From the NCBI RefSeq assembly GCF_963921235.1, contig NC_086097.1:11656001-11720000 (forward strand): a DNA stretch of 64,000 bases. Direction: 5' to 3'. Position 1 is the stretch's first letter, and each line of letters opens with the position of its first letter. A program made the position numbers and the translations under genes. Positions 22,890 through 32,719 of the stretch are shown here, piece after piece. This DNA is from Mobula hypostoma. Its lineage: Eukaryota. The notes beneath the pieces are model-generated. The model ran no database searches. It had not been told where the DNA came from and saw only the letters and a list, made by a program, of their open reading frames with translations.

Positions 22890-25590
22890 AAGACATTAAG
22901 GTATAGGAGCAGAATTAGGCCATTTGGCCCATTGAGTCTGCTCCGACATTTCATCATGGCTGATCCATCTTTCCTCTCATCTCCAACCTCTTGCCTTCCC
23001 ACCCATGTATCCCTTCATGCCCTGAAGAATCAAGAATCTATCAACTTCTGCATTAAATACTGTATACATAAAGACTTGATCTCCACAGCCATCTGTGGCA
23101 ACGAATTCCAAAGAATCACCACTCTGGCTAAATTGTGGATTAGGAAAATTTGTTTTATGGGAAGGATGTAACAGAGAAATGGAGGATATTTAAAGGTGAA
23201 ATTTTAAGGGTTCAGAATCTTTATGTTCCTGTTAGGTTGAAAGGAAAGGTTAAAAGTTTGAGACAGCCATGGTTTTCAAGAGGTATTAGAAACTTGATTC
23301 AGAAAAAGAGAGGGATCTTCAATAAATATAAGCAGCTTGGAGTTAATGAGGTACTCAAGAAACATAAAGAATGTAAAAAGAATCTTAAGAAATTAGAAAA
23401 GCTAAAAGATACGAGGCTGCTTTGGCAAGTAAGGTGAAAATAAATCCAAAGGGTTTCTACATTTATGTTAGTGGCAAAAGGATAGTGAGGGATAAAATTG
23501 GTCCCTTGGAGAATAAGAGTGGACGGCAATGTGCGGAGCCAAAAGAGATGGGGAAGATTTGGAAAAATTTCTTTTCTTTGGTATTCACTAAGGAGAAGGA
23601 TATTTAATTGTGTAAGGTAAAGGCAACAAGTAGGATAGTTATGGAAAGTATGACAATTAAAGAAGAGGAAGTACTGGCACTTTTAAGGAATATAAAAGTA
23701 GACAAGTCTCCAGGTCTGGAGAAGATATTCCCTAGGACTGAAGGAAGTTAGTATAGAAATAGCAGGGACTCTGATAGAAATATTTCAGATGTCATTAGAA
23801 ACAGGGATGGTGCCGGAGGATTGGCATATTGCTCATATGGTTCCATTGTTTAAAAAGGGTTCTCAGAGTAAACCTGGCAATTATCGGCCTATGAGTTTGA
23901 CGTCAGTGGTGGGTAAATTGATGGAAAGTATTCTTAGAGATGGTATATATAATTTTCTGGATAGACAGGGTCTGATTAGGAACAGTCAAAATGGATTTGT
24001 GCGTGGAACGTCATGTTTAACAAATCTTATTGAATTTTTTGATGAAGTTACTAAGAAAGTTGACGAGGGTAAAATGGTGGATGTTGTTTATATGGACTTC
24101 AGTAAGGCCTTTGACAAGGTTCCACATGGAAGGTTAGTTAGGAAGGTTCAATCGTTAGACATTAATATGGAAGTAGTAAAATGGATTCAGCAGTGGCTAG
24201 ATGAGAGACGCCAGAGAGTAGTGGTGGATAACTGTCTCAGATTGGAGGACAGTGTATGGTAGTGTGCCTCAGGGATCTGTACTGGGTCATTGTTTGTAAT
24301 ATATATTAACTATTGTTTGTAATATATATTAATGATCTAGATGATGGGGTGGTAAATTGGATTAGTAAGTATGCAGATGATACTAAGATAGGTGGTGTTG
24401 TGGATGATGAGGTAGGTTTTCAAAACTTGCAGAGAGATTTAGGACAGTTAGAAGAGTGGGCTGAAAGATGGCAGATGGAGTTTAATGCTGAAAAATGTGA
24501 GGTGCTACATTGTGGTAGAACTAATCAAAATAAGACATACATGATAAATGGTAGGGCATTAAAGAATGCTTTAGAACAGAGGGATCTAGGAATAATGGTG
24601 CATAGTTCCCTGAGGATAGAATCTCATGTGGATAGGGTGGTGAAGAAAGCTTTTAGTATGCTGGCCTTTATTAATCAGAGCATTGAGTATAGGAGCTGGA
24701 TGTAATGTTGAATTTGTACAAGGCCAAATCTGGAGAATTGTGTACAGTTCTGGTCACCGAATTATAGGAAAGATGTCAATAAAATTGAGAGAGTACAGAG
24801 GTGGTTTACTAAAATGTTGCCTGGGTTTCATTTCCTAAGTTACAGAGAAAGATTGAACTAGTTAGGTCTTTATTCTTTGGAGCGTAGGAGATTAAGGGGG
24901 GGGACTTGATAGAGGTGTTTAAAATTATCAGGAGGATTGATAGAGTTGACGTGGTTAGACTTTTTCCATTGAGAGTGGAGAAGATTCAAACAAGAGGACA
25001 TGGGTTGAGAATTAGAGGACAAAAGTTTAGGGGTAACATGAGGGGGAACTTCTTTACTCAGAGAGTGGTAGCTGTGTGGAATAAGCTTCCAGCAGAAGTG
25101 GTTGAGGCAGGTTCGATGTTGTCGTTTAAAGTTAAATTGGATAGATATATGGACAGGAAAGGAATGGAGGGTTATGGGCTGAGTGCAGGTCGGTGGGATT
25201 AGGATAGGGTAAGAGTTCGACATGGACTAGAAGGGCCGAGATGGCCTGTTTCCGTGCTGTAATTGTTATATGGTTATAAAGAAATTCCTCCTCAACTCTG
25301 TTCTTAAAGGATGCCCCTCTGTGTCCTCTGGTCTTAGATGCTCTCACCATAGAAAACTTTCTCTCCACATCATCATATTGTCTGCAAACTTTGCAACAAA
25401 GCCATCAATTCGATCATCCAAATCAGTGACATATAATGTTAAAAGAATCAGTCCCAACATCACTAGTCACTGGCAACCAACTAGAAAAGGTTCCCTTTAT
25501 TCCCAGTCTTTGCCTCCTGCCAATCAACCACTGCTTAATCCATGCTAGAATCTTTCCTGTAATACCATAGGCTCATAACTTGTTAAGCAA
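22890..25590 (-). mobile_element. Antisense CR1 3' fragment, split into 22890-23131 and 25277-25590
   Basis: Sequence actctggct-aaagaaattcctcc is continuous across the inner insertion. Confidence 0.7.
23135..25276 (+). pseudogene. CR1 LINE RT pseudogene (younger subfamily), innermost insertion
   Basis: ORFs 23789-24262 (PGNYRPMSLTS, DFSKAFDKVPH), 24313-24705 (YADDTK) and 24906-25202; tail GTTATATG. Confidence 0.9.
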
Positions 25591-26659
25591 GTTTAACTTG
25601 CAGGTTGATTTGGTATAAAGGCGGCAAATGCAATAAGGCAAATGCAATATTCGGACTAGGTTATGAGAGCAAGAATGCGATGCTGAGGCTTTATAAGGCA
25701 TTGGTCAGACTGCACATTAAAGATTAGGGCCATTTTGGGCCCCGTATCTATGAAAATGTGTGCTGGCATTGGGGAGGGGCCAGAGGAGGCTCATGAGAAT
25801 GATTCTGGAAAGGAAAAGGTTAACATATGAGGGCCGTTTCAAGTCATTAGGCCTGTGCTCAGTGTATTTTAGAAGGAGGGGTTTTCTCATTGAAACATTG
25901 AATATTGAAAGACCTAGACAGAGTTGATGTGGAGGGGATGTTTCTTCTAGTGGGTGAGACTCAAAGGGCTCAGCCTCAGAATAGCTGGATGCCCATTTAG
26001 AACAGAGATGAGGAGGACCTTCTTAGCCAAAGGATGGTGAATTGGTGGAATTTATTGCCACGGAAGATTGTAGAGGCCAAGTCATTGAGTATATTTAAAG
26101 TAGCGTTTGATAGGTTCTTGGTTAGTAAGGACATCAAAGGTTATGGGAAGAAGGCAGGAGAATAGTGTTCAAGGATAACAAATCAGTCTTGCTAGATTGA
26201 CAGAGCAGGCTCAATGGGCTGAATGGCCTAATTTTGCTCCTATGTCTTGCGGTCTTATGATATTATACTAACTCTACCAATTGGGATGAAATGTTAGGCA
26301 AAGCTTTCTATAATTAAAATATATTTTAAAATGTGTTCATATATGTTTAAAGGAATTCAAACAATTTGTAACTGAGATAGAAGTAGTTCCCTGTCCAGTT
26401 ACTGAAGAGCAAAGGATATAGCTTTAAAGTAATATGGAAAAGTCTTGGTGACCTCGGGTGGGACAAGAGGAATAAACCACTTTAGTGTTGAGGCCAGTTC
26501 GGAAAATTTTTCAGCCCATTCTGCACAGCAACTATTGCATCAGTTCTCTATTTTGTGTCTTCTAAAATGTGGATGCAGAGTGGATAAGTAATATTTAATC
26601 TCAGAAGCATTCACTTCTATAAATTTCACCTTCAAGGAATGGAAAATATCTAAGCTTAA

Positions 26660-27066
26660 TTACTTACTGCCCATTACGCTGCTGGTGTTTAGGGCAGCAC
26701 TGAAGGTCCTCCATCGCTGGCGGTATTCGGGGCTTCCGTCCTCTCATTTTCACTACTGTCAGTCATGCAAATCTCAGATGGAGACTCAGGAATACCGTCG
26801 CCTACAGACATAGAAGAATCCTTCATTGCTGTTTCCGTAACAGTTTTGTTTTACCAGTCAGGTTTGTTAGCCCTGAGCTGAACCCCCGAATCTGGAGAGC
26901 CAGTGCATCACTCTTAGTCTAGCCTCTACCTTTTGACCTGTTTGGCATGGGTGACACTACCAAGAGTGAAAGCACCAAGTCATTACTCCAGCCAACGTAG
27001 CTCTCTGGGTCATTGAGGCACACAAGACTTCAAACCCAATGACAAGGTTGTGATCCTCTTGGAGGG
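26660..27066 (-). mobile_element. RTE (Expander/Rex3-like) non-autonomous element: 5' UTR fused to 3' end
   Basis: Minus strand accttgtc...ttgtgtgcctcaatgaccc...ggtagtgtcacccatgccaaacaggtc resembles RTE 5' UTRs. Confidence 0.5.
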
Positions 27067-27254
27067 AGGCTTAGTTACATCAGATTAATTCTGAAAGAAG
27101 TTCATTGGCCTGAACTTATCTGTTTTCCCTTTACAGAAATTGCATGGTTTGTTAACTATTTCCAACATTTTCTGTGTTTATCTCAAGTATCCAGCATCTG
27201 CAGGATTTTGCTTTACACTTGCGTGGATACATATCTAATTCTTTGTGATCTGAG

Positions 27255-27485
27255 AAGATCCATCATCATGGACCACCAGCATCCAGGCCATGTTTGCTTC
27301 TCATTCCTGCCATCAGGTAGGAGGTACAGGATCCTTAGATACCACATCACCAGGTCCAGGAACAGTTATTACCCTTCAACCTGAGGATTCTGAACCAGTG
27401 TGGATAACCTGGATCACCTCAACACTGACCTGATTCTACAACTTATGGACTCACTTTCAATTACTGTACAATTCATGTTCTCGAT
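27255..27485 (+). mobile_element. Rex1/Babar 3' fragment
   Basis: SIIMDHQHPGH..LPSGRRY remnant. Confidence 0.6.
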
Positions 27486-27880
27486 TAACAATAGACAAAC
27501 AATATGGCTTACGTCAGACGTGAATTGCAAATTATTTAAAATGGAATTGGACACTGGCTCAGCTGTCTACAAAATGACTTTGAATGGCATTTCAGAAATG
27601 CTAAACAGAAACCTGCAGATATTCAACTAAGAACTTATACTGGAGAAAAGACAACTCCTGTGGGAATGACACCTGTAACAATGAAGTACAACAACCAACA
27701 AGTCACAATGAGCTTGTATGTGGTAAAAACAGAAGGACCAGCTTTGTGGGGGCCTGATCGGCTGAGACAACCACAACTCGTTTGGAGATCCATTCACTAT
27801 TTGTGTGCTACATTCCCTGCAATGAAACCAACTGAAAGTGAATTAAGAAAGTCACTGGATGATGCCACAACTGTCTTCAT
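27485..27880 (+). pseudogene. Ty3/Gypsy aspartic protease remnant
   Basis: IWLTSDVNCKLFKMELDTGSAV (DTG motif), LRTYTGEK, LYVVKTEGPALWG, ELRKSLDD; frameshifted. Confidence 0.85.
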
Positions 27881-27881
27881 G

Positions 27882-28180
27882 CTGAGCACCATGAACCTTT
27901 GGTGCCAACCTCTGTGCTTCTGGTTGGAAAACACATTGGACCAATGAAGGACTGAAAGTGATGAAAGCAGTGGTCCGACTACTAGATTTTGTAGGCAACA
28001 TACCTGAGAAAGCTCCTGATATGTTGATCAGGAAGTTGCTTGTGAAATGTGGCTTGGTTTTAAGCTGGGAGAGTGCTCAGGAAGCGTCAGGAAAGTTGTA
28101 TTCACTTGACTTTTGTGGTTATAAAGAACAGAATCTACTCTGTGCATTAATGTTATTGCATGAACTTCAAGTAGGAGCTT
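27882..28180 (+). pseudogene. RBM25: Processed RBM25 fragment (N-terminal RRM) captured inside a Gypsy element
   Basis: LVPTSVLLVGKHIG..., DESSGPTT, FVGNIPEKAPDMLIRKLLVKCGLVLSW...ASGKL..FC.YKE...LLHELQVG closely matches RBM25 as I recall it (FVGNISEKASDMLIRQLLAKCGLVLSWKRVQGASGKLQAFGFCEYKE...LLHDLQIG); frameshifts, no introns. Confidence 0.88.
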
Positions 28181-28199
28181 ACAGCTAAGCAGGGAGTAG

Positions 28200-28238
28200 T
28201 GTTTTGTATTTAATATTTTAATAAGATTTGAGTAATAT

Positions 28239-28280
<42 letters not shown>

Positions 28281-28334
28281 TATACACACACACACACTTA
28301 ATTAAACTATATATTATTTAATTAAGCATTCTTA
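28200..28334 (+). mobile_element. Partial 3' LTR of the Gypsy/RBM25 element (contains a TG/TA/CA microsatellite)
   Basis: Purine tract AAGCAGGGAGTAG(28187-28199), then TGTTTTGTATTTAATATTTT...TAAGCATTCTT, homologous to 49761-50015 and 28789-29029(-). Confidence 0.75.
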
Positions 28335-29029
28335 CTCACACTCATTTTCATTCCTGACTGCAACCTAATTGCGTCTCTCTCGACTTTCAAATCTCTTACT
28401 AGCTCTTCCTTCGGTTAGACCTGACGAAGGGTCCCGGCCCGAAACGTCAACCGTACCTCTTCCTAGAGATGCTGCCTGGCCTGCTGCGTTCACCAGCAAC
28501 TTTGATGTGTGTTGAGTCTCTCTCTCTCTCTCTGCAGTTTCCGTTGAAACAGCGATTTCCATTGCTCTTTTTTAATGATTATTTTCACTCAGTGCTCACT
28601 CTTTATAAAAGCTGAATTCTTCTGTTTACTGCTTTTTTTTTGAAAAGTTGATCAAGTCCTTCCTTCCAAAGAATGTGCTGCTTTTGTTTCGTTGTTCCTT
28701 ACTGCAGTTTTCAAAAACTTGAATGAATCGCTGCCCTTGAACTGGTCAGTAGCCATCTTGGATTAATTTTAAAAATGCCTCATTGCCAAAACATTGAAGT
28801 GTCAAAACATTAAACTGATTCAAAGGAAGACCAGGGAGTCCAAAATGTGAGTCGAGCATCAAGCTTACCTTAAGCGGGACATGCAGATATAATATGGTAG
28901 CGTAACGATGAATGCAATTAAGGTATTTTTATGTATAACCCATAATTAATTATTTAAATGAACAAGAATGCTTAATTGAATATATGTTCCAGATTACTCA
29001 AATATTATTAAAATATTAAATACACATCA
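28335..29029 (-). mobile_element. 5' LTR (29029-~28789) + PBS + leader of the same Gypsy family
   Basis: Minus strand TGATGTGTATTTAATATTTT..., followed by PBS-like TGGCAATGAGG (28788-28778). Confidence 0.75.
28385..28513 (+). mobile_element. Short PLE-derived unit with hammerhead (stem I mutated)
   Basis: Same boundaries as 52899-53025; GTCTCTCTC lies close on both sides. Confidence 0.75.
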
Positions 29030-29089
29030 GATCCAACGGCATTATCTGTGCAAAGATGAGGAGAGTTCAACCAATGTCCAGACTTATCC

Positions 29090-29332
29090 TTGTCATTCTC
29101 GGGATTACTGCCTGTGCCACGCGACAGTGAGAGTAGGAATGCGATGAGGTGGAGGATAAATGCGTGGCTGAGGGATTGGAGCAGGGGGCAGGGATTCAAG
29201 TTTTTGGATCATTGGGACCTCTTTTGGCGCAGGTGTGACCTGTACAAAAAGGACGGGTTACACTTAAATCCTCGGGGGACCAATATCCTGGCAGGGAGAT
29301 TAGTGGGGGCTACTGAGGTGACTTTAAACTAG
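29090..29332 (+). CDS. CR1 ORF1 C-terminus (SGNH esterase-like), 5'-truncated
   Basis: SGLLPVPR...INAWLRDW...F.FLDHW...LYKKDGLHLN.RG..IL (DxxH motif). Confidence 0.8.
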   Translation: MSFSGLLPVPRDSESRNAMRWRINAWLRDWSRGQGFKFLDHWDLFWRRCDLYKKDGLHLNPRGTNILAGRLVGATEVTLN

Positions 29333-29337
29333 AATGG

Positions 29338-32337
29338 TTGGGGGGTGGGAATCAAATTAAAGCGGCTAGGTGTGAGGAGGTTAGTTCACAACAGAGGGAT
29401 GGGAACCAGTGCAGAGAGACAGAGGGGTGTAAAGTGAGCGTAGAAGCAAAAAGTACAAAGGGGAAAAGTAAAAGTGGCAGGCCGACAAATCCAGGGCAAG
29501 CATTAAAAAGGGCTAAGAGAGTTGTAAAAGAGTGCCTGAAGGCTTTATGTGTCAATGCAAGGAGCATTCGTAATAAGGTGGATGAATTGAAAGTGCAGAT
29601 TGTTATTAATGATTATGATATAGTTGGGATCACAGAGACATGGCTCCAGGGTGACCAGGGATGGGAGCTCAACGTTCAGGGATATTCAATATTCAGGAGG
29701 GATAGACACGAAGGAAGGGGAGGTGGGGTGGCGTTGCTGGTTAAAAAAGAGATTAACGCAATAGAAAGGAAGGACATAAGCCGGGAAGATGTGGAATCGA
29801 TATGGGTAGAGCTGCGTAACACTAAGGGGCAGAAGACGCTGGTGGGAGTTGTGTACAGGCCACCTAACAGTAGTAGTGAGGTCGGAGATGGCATTAAACA
29901 GGAAATTAGAAATGTGTGCAATAAAGGAACAGCAGTTATAATGGGTGACTTCAATCTACATGTAGACTGGGTGAACCAAATTGGTAAAGGTGCTGAGGAA
30001 GAGGATTTCTTGGAATGTATGCGGGATGGTTTTTTGAACCAACATGTCGAGGAACCGACTAGAGAGCAGGCTATTCTGGACTGGGTTTTGAGCAATGAGG
30101 AAGGGTTAATTAGCGATCTTGTCGTGAGAGGCCCCTTGGGTAAGAGTGACCATAATATGGTGGAATTCTTCATTAACATGGAGAGTGACGTAGTTAATTC
30201 AGAAACAAAGGTTCTGAACTTAAAGAGGGGTAACTTTGAAGGTATGAGACATGAATTAGCTAAGATAGACTGGCAAATGACACTTCAAGGATTGACGGTG
30301 GATATGCAATGGCAGGCATTTAAAGGTTGCATGGATGAACTACAACAATTGTTCATCCCAGTTTGGCAAAAGAATAAATCAAGGAAGGTAGTGCACCCGT
30401 GGCTGACAAGAGAAATTAGGGATAGTATCAATTCCAAAGAAGTAGCATACAAATTAGCCAGAGAAAGTGGCTCACCTGAGGACTGGGAGAAATTCAGAGT
30501 TCAGCAGAGGAGGACAAAGGGCTTAATTAGGAAGGGGAAAAAAGATTATGAGAGAAAACTGGCAGAGAACATAAAAACGGACTGTAAAAGCTTTTATAGA
30601 TATGTAAAAAGGAAAAGACTGATAAAGACAAATGTAGGTCCCCTGCAAACAGAAACAGGTGAATTGATTATGGGGAGCAAGGACATGGCAGACCAATTGA
30701 ATAATTACTTTGGTTCTGTCTTCACTAAGGAGGACATAAATAATCTTCCAGAAATAGTAAGGGACAGAGGGTCCAGTGAGATGGAGGAACTGAGCGAAAT
30801 ACATGTTAGTAGGGAAGTGGTGTTAGGTAAATTGAAGGGATTGAAGGCAGATAAATCCCCAGGGCCAGATGGTCTGCATCCCAGAGTGCTTAAGGAAGTG
30901 GCCCAAGAAATAGTGGATGCATTAGTGATAATTTTTCAAAACTCGTTAGATTCTGGACTAGTTCCTGAGGATTGGAGGGTGGCTAATGTAACCCCACTTT
31001 TTAAAAAAGGAGGGAGAGAGAAACCGGGGAATTATAGGCCGGTTAGCCTAACGTCGGTGGTGGGGAAACTGCTGGAGTCAGTTATCAAGGATGTGATAAC
31101 AGCACATTTGGAAAGCGGTGAAATGATCGGACAAAGTCAGCATGGATTTGTGAAAGGAAAATCATGTCTGACGAATCTCATAGAATTTTTTGAGGATGTA
31201 ACTAGTAGAGTGGATAGGGGAGAACCAGTGGATGTGGTATATTTGGATTTTCAAAAGGCTTTTGACAAGGTCCCACATAGGAGATTAGTGTGCAAACTTA
31301 AAGCACACGGTATTGGGGGTAAGGTATTGGTGTGGGTGGAGAATTGGTTAGCAGACAGGAAGCAAAGAGTGGGAATAAACGGGACCTTTTCAGAATGGCA
31401 GGCGGTGACTAGTGGGGTACCGCAAGGCTCAGTGCTGGGACCCCAGTTGTTTACAATATATATTAATGACTTGGATGAGGGAATTAAATGCAGCATCTCC
31501 AAGTTTGCGGATGACACGAAGCTGGGCGGCAGTGTTAGCAGTGAGGAGGATGCTAAGAGGATGCAGGGTGACTTGGATAGGTTGGGTGAGTGGGCAAACT
31601 CATGGCAGATGCAATTTAATGTGGATAAATGTGAAGTTATCCACTTTGGTGGCAAAAATAGGAAAACAGATTATTATCTGAATGGTGGCCGATTAGGAAA
31701 AGGGGAGGTGCAACGAGACCTGGGTGTCATTATACACCAGTCATTGAAAGTGGGCATGCAGGTACAGCAGGCGGTGAAAAAGGCGAACGGTATGCTGGCA
31801 TTTATAGCGAGAGGATTCGAGTACAGGAGCAGGGAGGTACTACTGCAGTTGTACAAGGCCTTGGTGAGACCACACCTGGAGTATTGTGTGCAGTTTTGGT
31901 CCCCTAATCTGAGGAAAGACATCTTTGCCATAGAGGGAGTACAAAGAAGGTTCACCAGATTGATTCCTGGGATGGCAGGTCTTTCATATGAAGAAAGACT
32001 GGATGAACTGGGCTTGTACTCGTTGGAATTTAGAAGATTGAGGGGGGATCTGATTGAAACGTATAAGATCCTAAAGGGATTGGACAGGCTAGATGCGGGA
32101 AGATTGTTCCCGATGTTGGGGAGGTCTAGAACGAGGGGTCACAGTTTGAGGATAGAGGGGAAGCCTTTTAGGACCGAGGTTAGGAAAAACTTCTTCACAC
32201 AGAGAGTGGTGAATCTGTGGAATTCTCTGCCACAGCAAACTGTTGAGGCCAGTTCATTAGCTATGTTTAAAAGGAAGTTAGATATGGCCCTTGTGGCTAC
32301 AGGGGTCAGGGGGTATGGAGGGAAGGCTGGGTTCTGA
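29338..32337 (+). CDS. CR1 ORF2: APE endonuclease + reverse transcriptase, intact 999 codons (no AUG start)
   Basis: NARSI, GITETW, YRPP, MGDFN, LDWVL, SDH (EN); PGNYRPVSLTS, QHGF, DFQKAFD, GVPQGSVLGP, FADD, DLGV (RT). Confidence 0.95.
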   Translation: MGGGNQIKAARCEEVSSQQRDGNQCRETEGCKVSVEAKSTKGKSKSGRPTNPGQALKRAKRVVKECLKALCVNARSIRNKVDELKVQIVINDYDIVGITETWLQGDQGWELNVQGYSIFRRDRHEGRGGGVALLVKKEINAIERKDISREDVESIWVELRNTKGQKTLVGVVYRPPNSSSEVGDGIKQEIRNVCNKGTAVIMGDFNLHVDWVNQIGKGAEEEDFLECMRDGFLNQHVEEPTREQAILDWVLSNEEGLISDLVVRGPLGKSDHNMVEFFINMESDVVNSETKVLNLKRGNFEGMRHELAKIDWQMTLQGLTVDMQWQAFKGCMDELQQLFIPVWQKNKSRKVVHPWLTREIRDSINSKEVAYKLARESGSPEDWEKFRVQQRRTKGLIRKGKKDYERKLAENIKTDCKSFYRYVKRKRLIKTNVGPLQTETGELIMGSKDMADQLNNYFGSVFTKEDINNLPEIVRDRGSSEMEELSEIHVSREVVLGKLKGLKADKSPGPDGLHPRVLKEVAQEIVDALVIIFQNSLDSGLVPEDWRVANVTPLFKKGGREKPGNYRPVSLTSVVGKLLESVIKDVITAHLESGEMIGQSQHGFVKGKSCLTNLIEFFEDVTSRVDRGEPVDVVYLDFQKAFDKVPHRRLVCKLKAHGIGGKVLVWVENWLADRKQRVGINGTFSEWQAVTSGVPQGSVLGPQLFTIYINDLDEGIKCSISKFADDTKLGGSVSSEEDAKRMQGDLDRLGEWANSWQMQFNVDKCEVIHFGGKNRKTDYYLNGGRLGKGEVQRDLGVIIHQSLKVGMQVQQAVKKANGMLAFIARGFEYRSREVLLQLYKALVRPHLEYCVQFWSPNLRKDIFAIEGVQRRFTRLIPGMAGLSYEERLDELGLYSLEFRRLRGDLIETYKILKGLDRLDAGRLFPMLGRSRTRGHSLRIEGKPFRTEVRKNFFTQRVVNLWNSLPQQTVEASSLAMFKRKLDMALVATGVRGYGGKAGF

Positions 32338-32719
32338 GTTGGATGATCAGCCATGATCATAATAAATGGCGGTGCAGGCTCGAAGGGCCGAATGGCCTAC
32401 TCCTGCACCTATTTTCTATGTTTCTATGTTTCTATAAAGCATAAAATAAAAACATCATTGTCAAGTCATAACCTCACTGCTGTAGATAGGATCTCGCTGC
32501 GCACAGTATTTGTCTGCTCTGAACAAAGTATGTAATATGTAAATGCTAAATATTTTAGGATCTGTATACTATCAGTATTCAGGTTCTTCCTCTCAAAACA
32601 TTACATACCAGATATGTAACTGGTATTAATATTAAAAATGGTTTGTTGGTAAGGGATTGATTAATAATAAATGGGGAGGTTTTCTGTTATTGTGAACTAG
32701 TAGAGGCACATAACTATCT

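Larger units (their letters stand above)
19975..26260 (+). pseudogene. Old CR1 LINE (ORF1 end + EN-RT, many stops) hosting nested insertions
   Basis: ORF1 DGLHLNP remnant, EN MGDFN, RT KFSDDTK, C-terminus and tail; interrupted at ~21430, ~22890 and ~23135. Confidence 0.85.
29090..32435 (+). mobile_element. Young CR1 (HER1-type) LINE, 5'-truncated within ORF1
   Basis: ORF1 tail + intact ORF2 + 3' GGCCGAATGGCC hairpin and (TTTCTATG)n tail. Confidence 0.95.

Noticed and set aside
27958..28188. RBM25 as a functional host gene exon
   Set aside because: Frameshifts, substitutions at conserved RRM residues, no splice sites, embedded between a Gypsy protease and an LTR.
29334..29360. ATG at 29334 as the ORF2 start by reinitiation
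   Set aside because: It is in the third frame and stops after 8 codons (ATG GTT GGG GGG TGG GAA TCA AAT TAA).
29352..32360. Antisense ORFs over CR1 ORF2 (e.g. 29676-30179, 31251-31655)
   Set aside because: Shadow ORFs typical of an intact coding strand; no recognisable domains.
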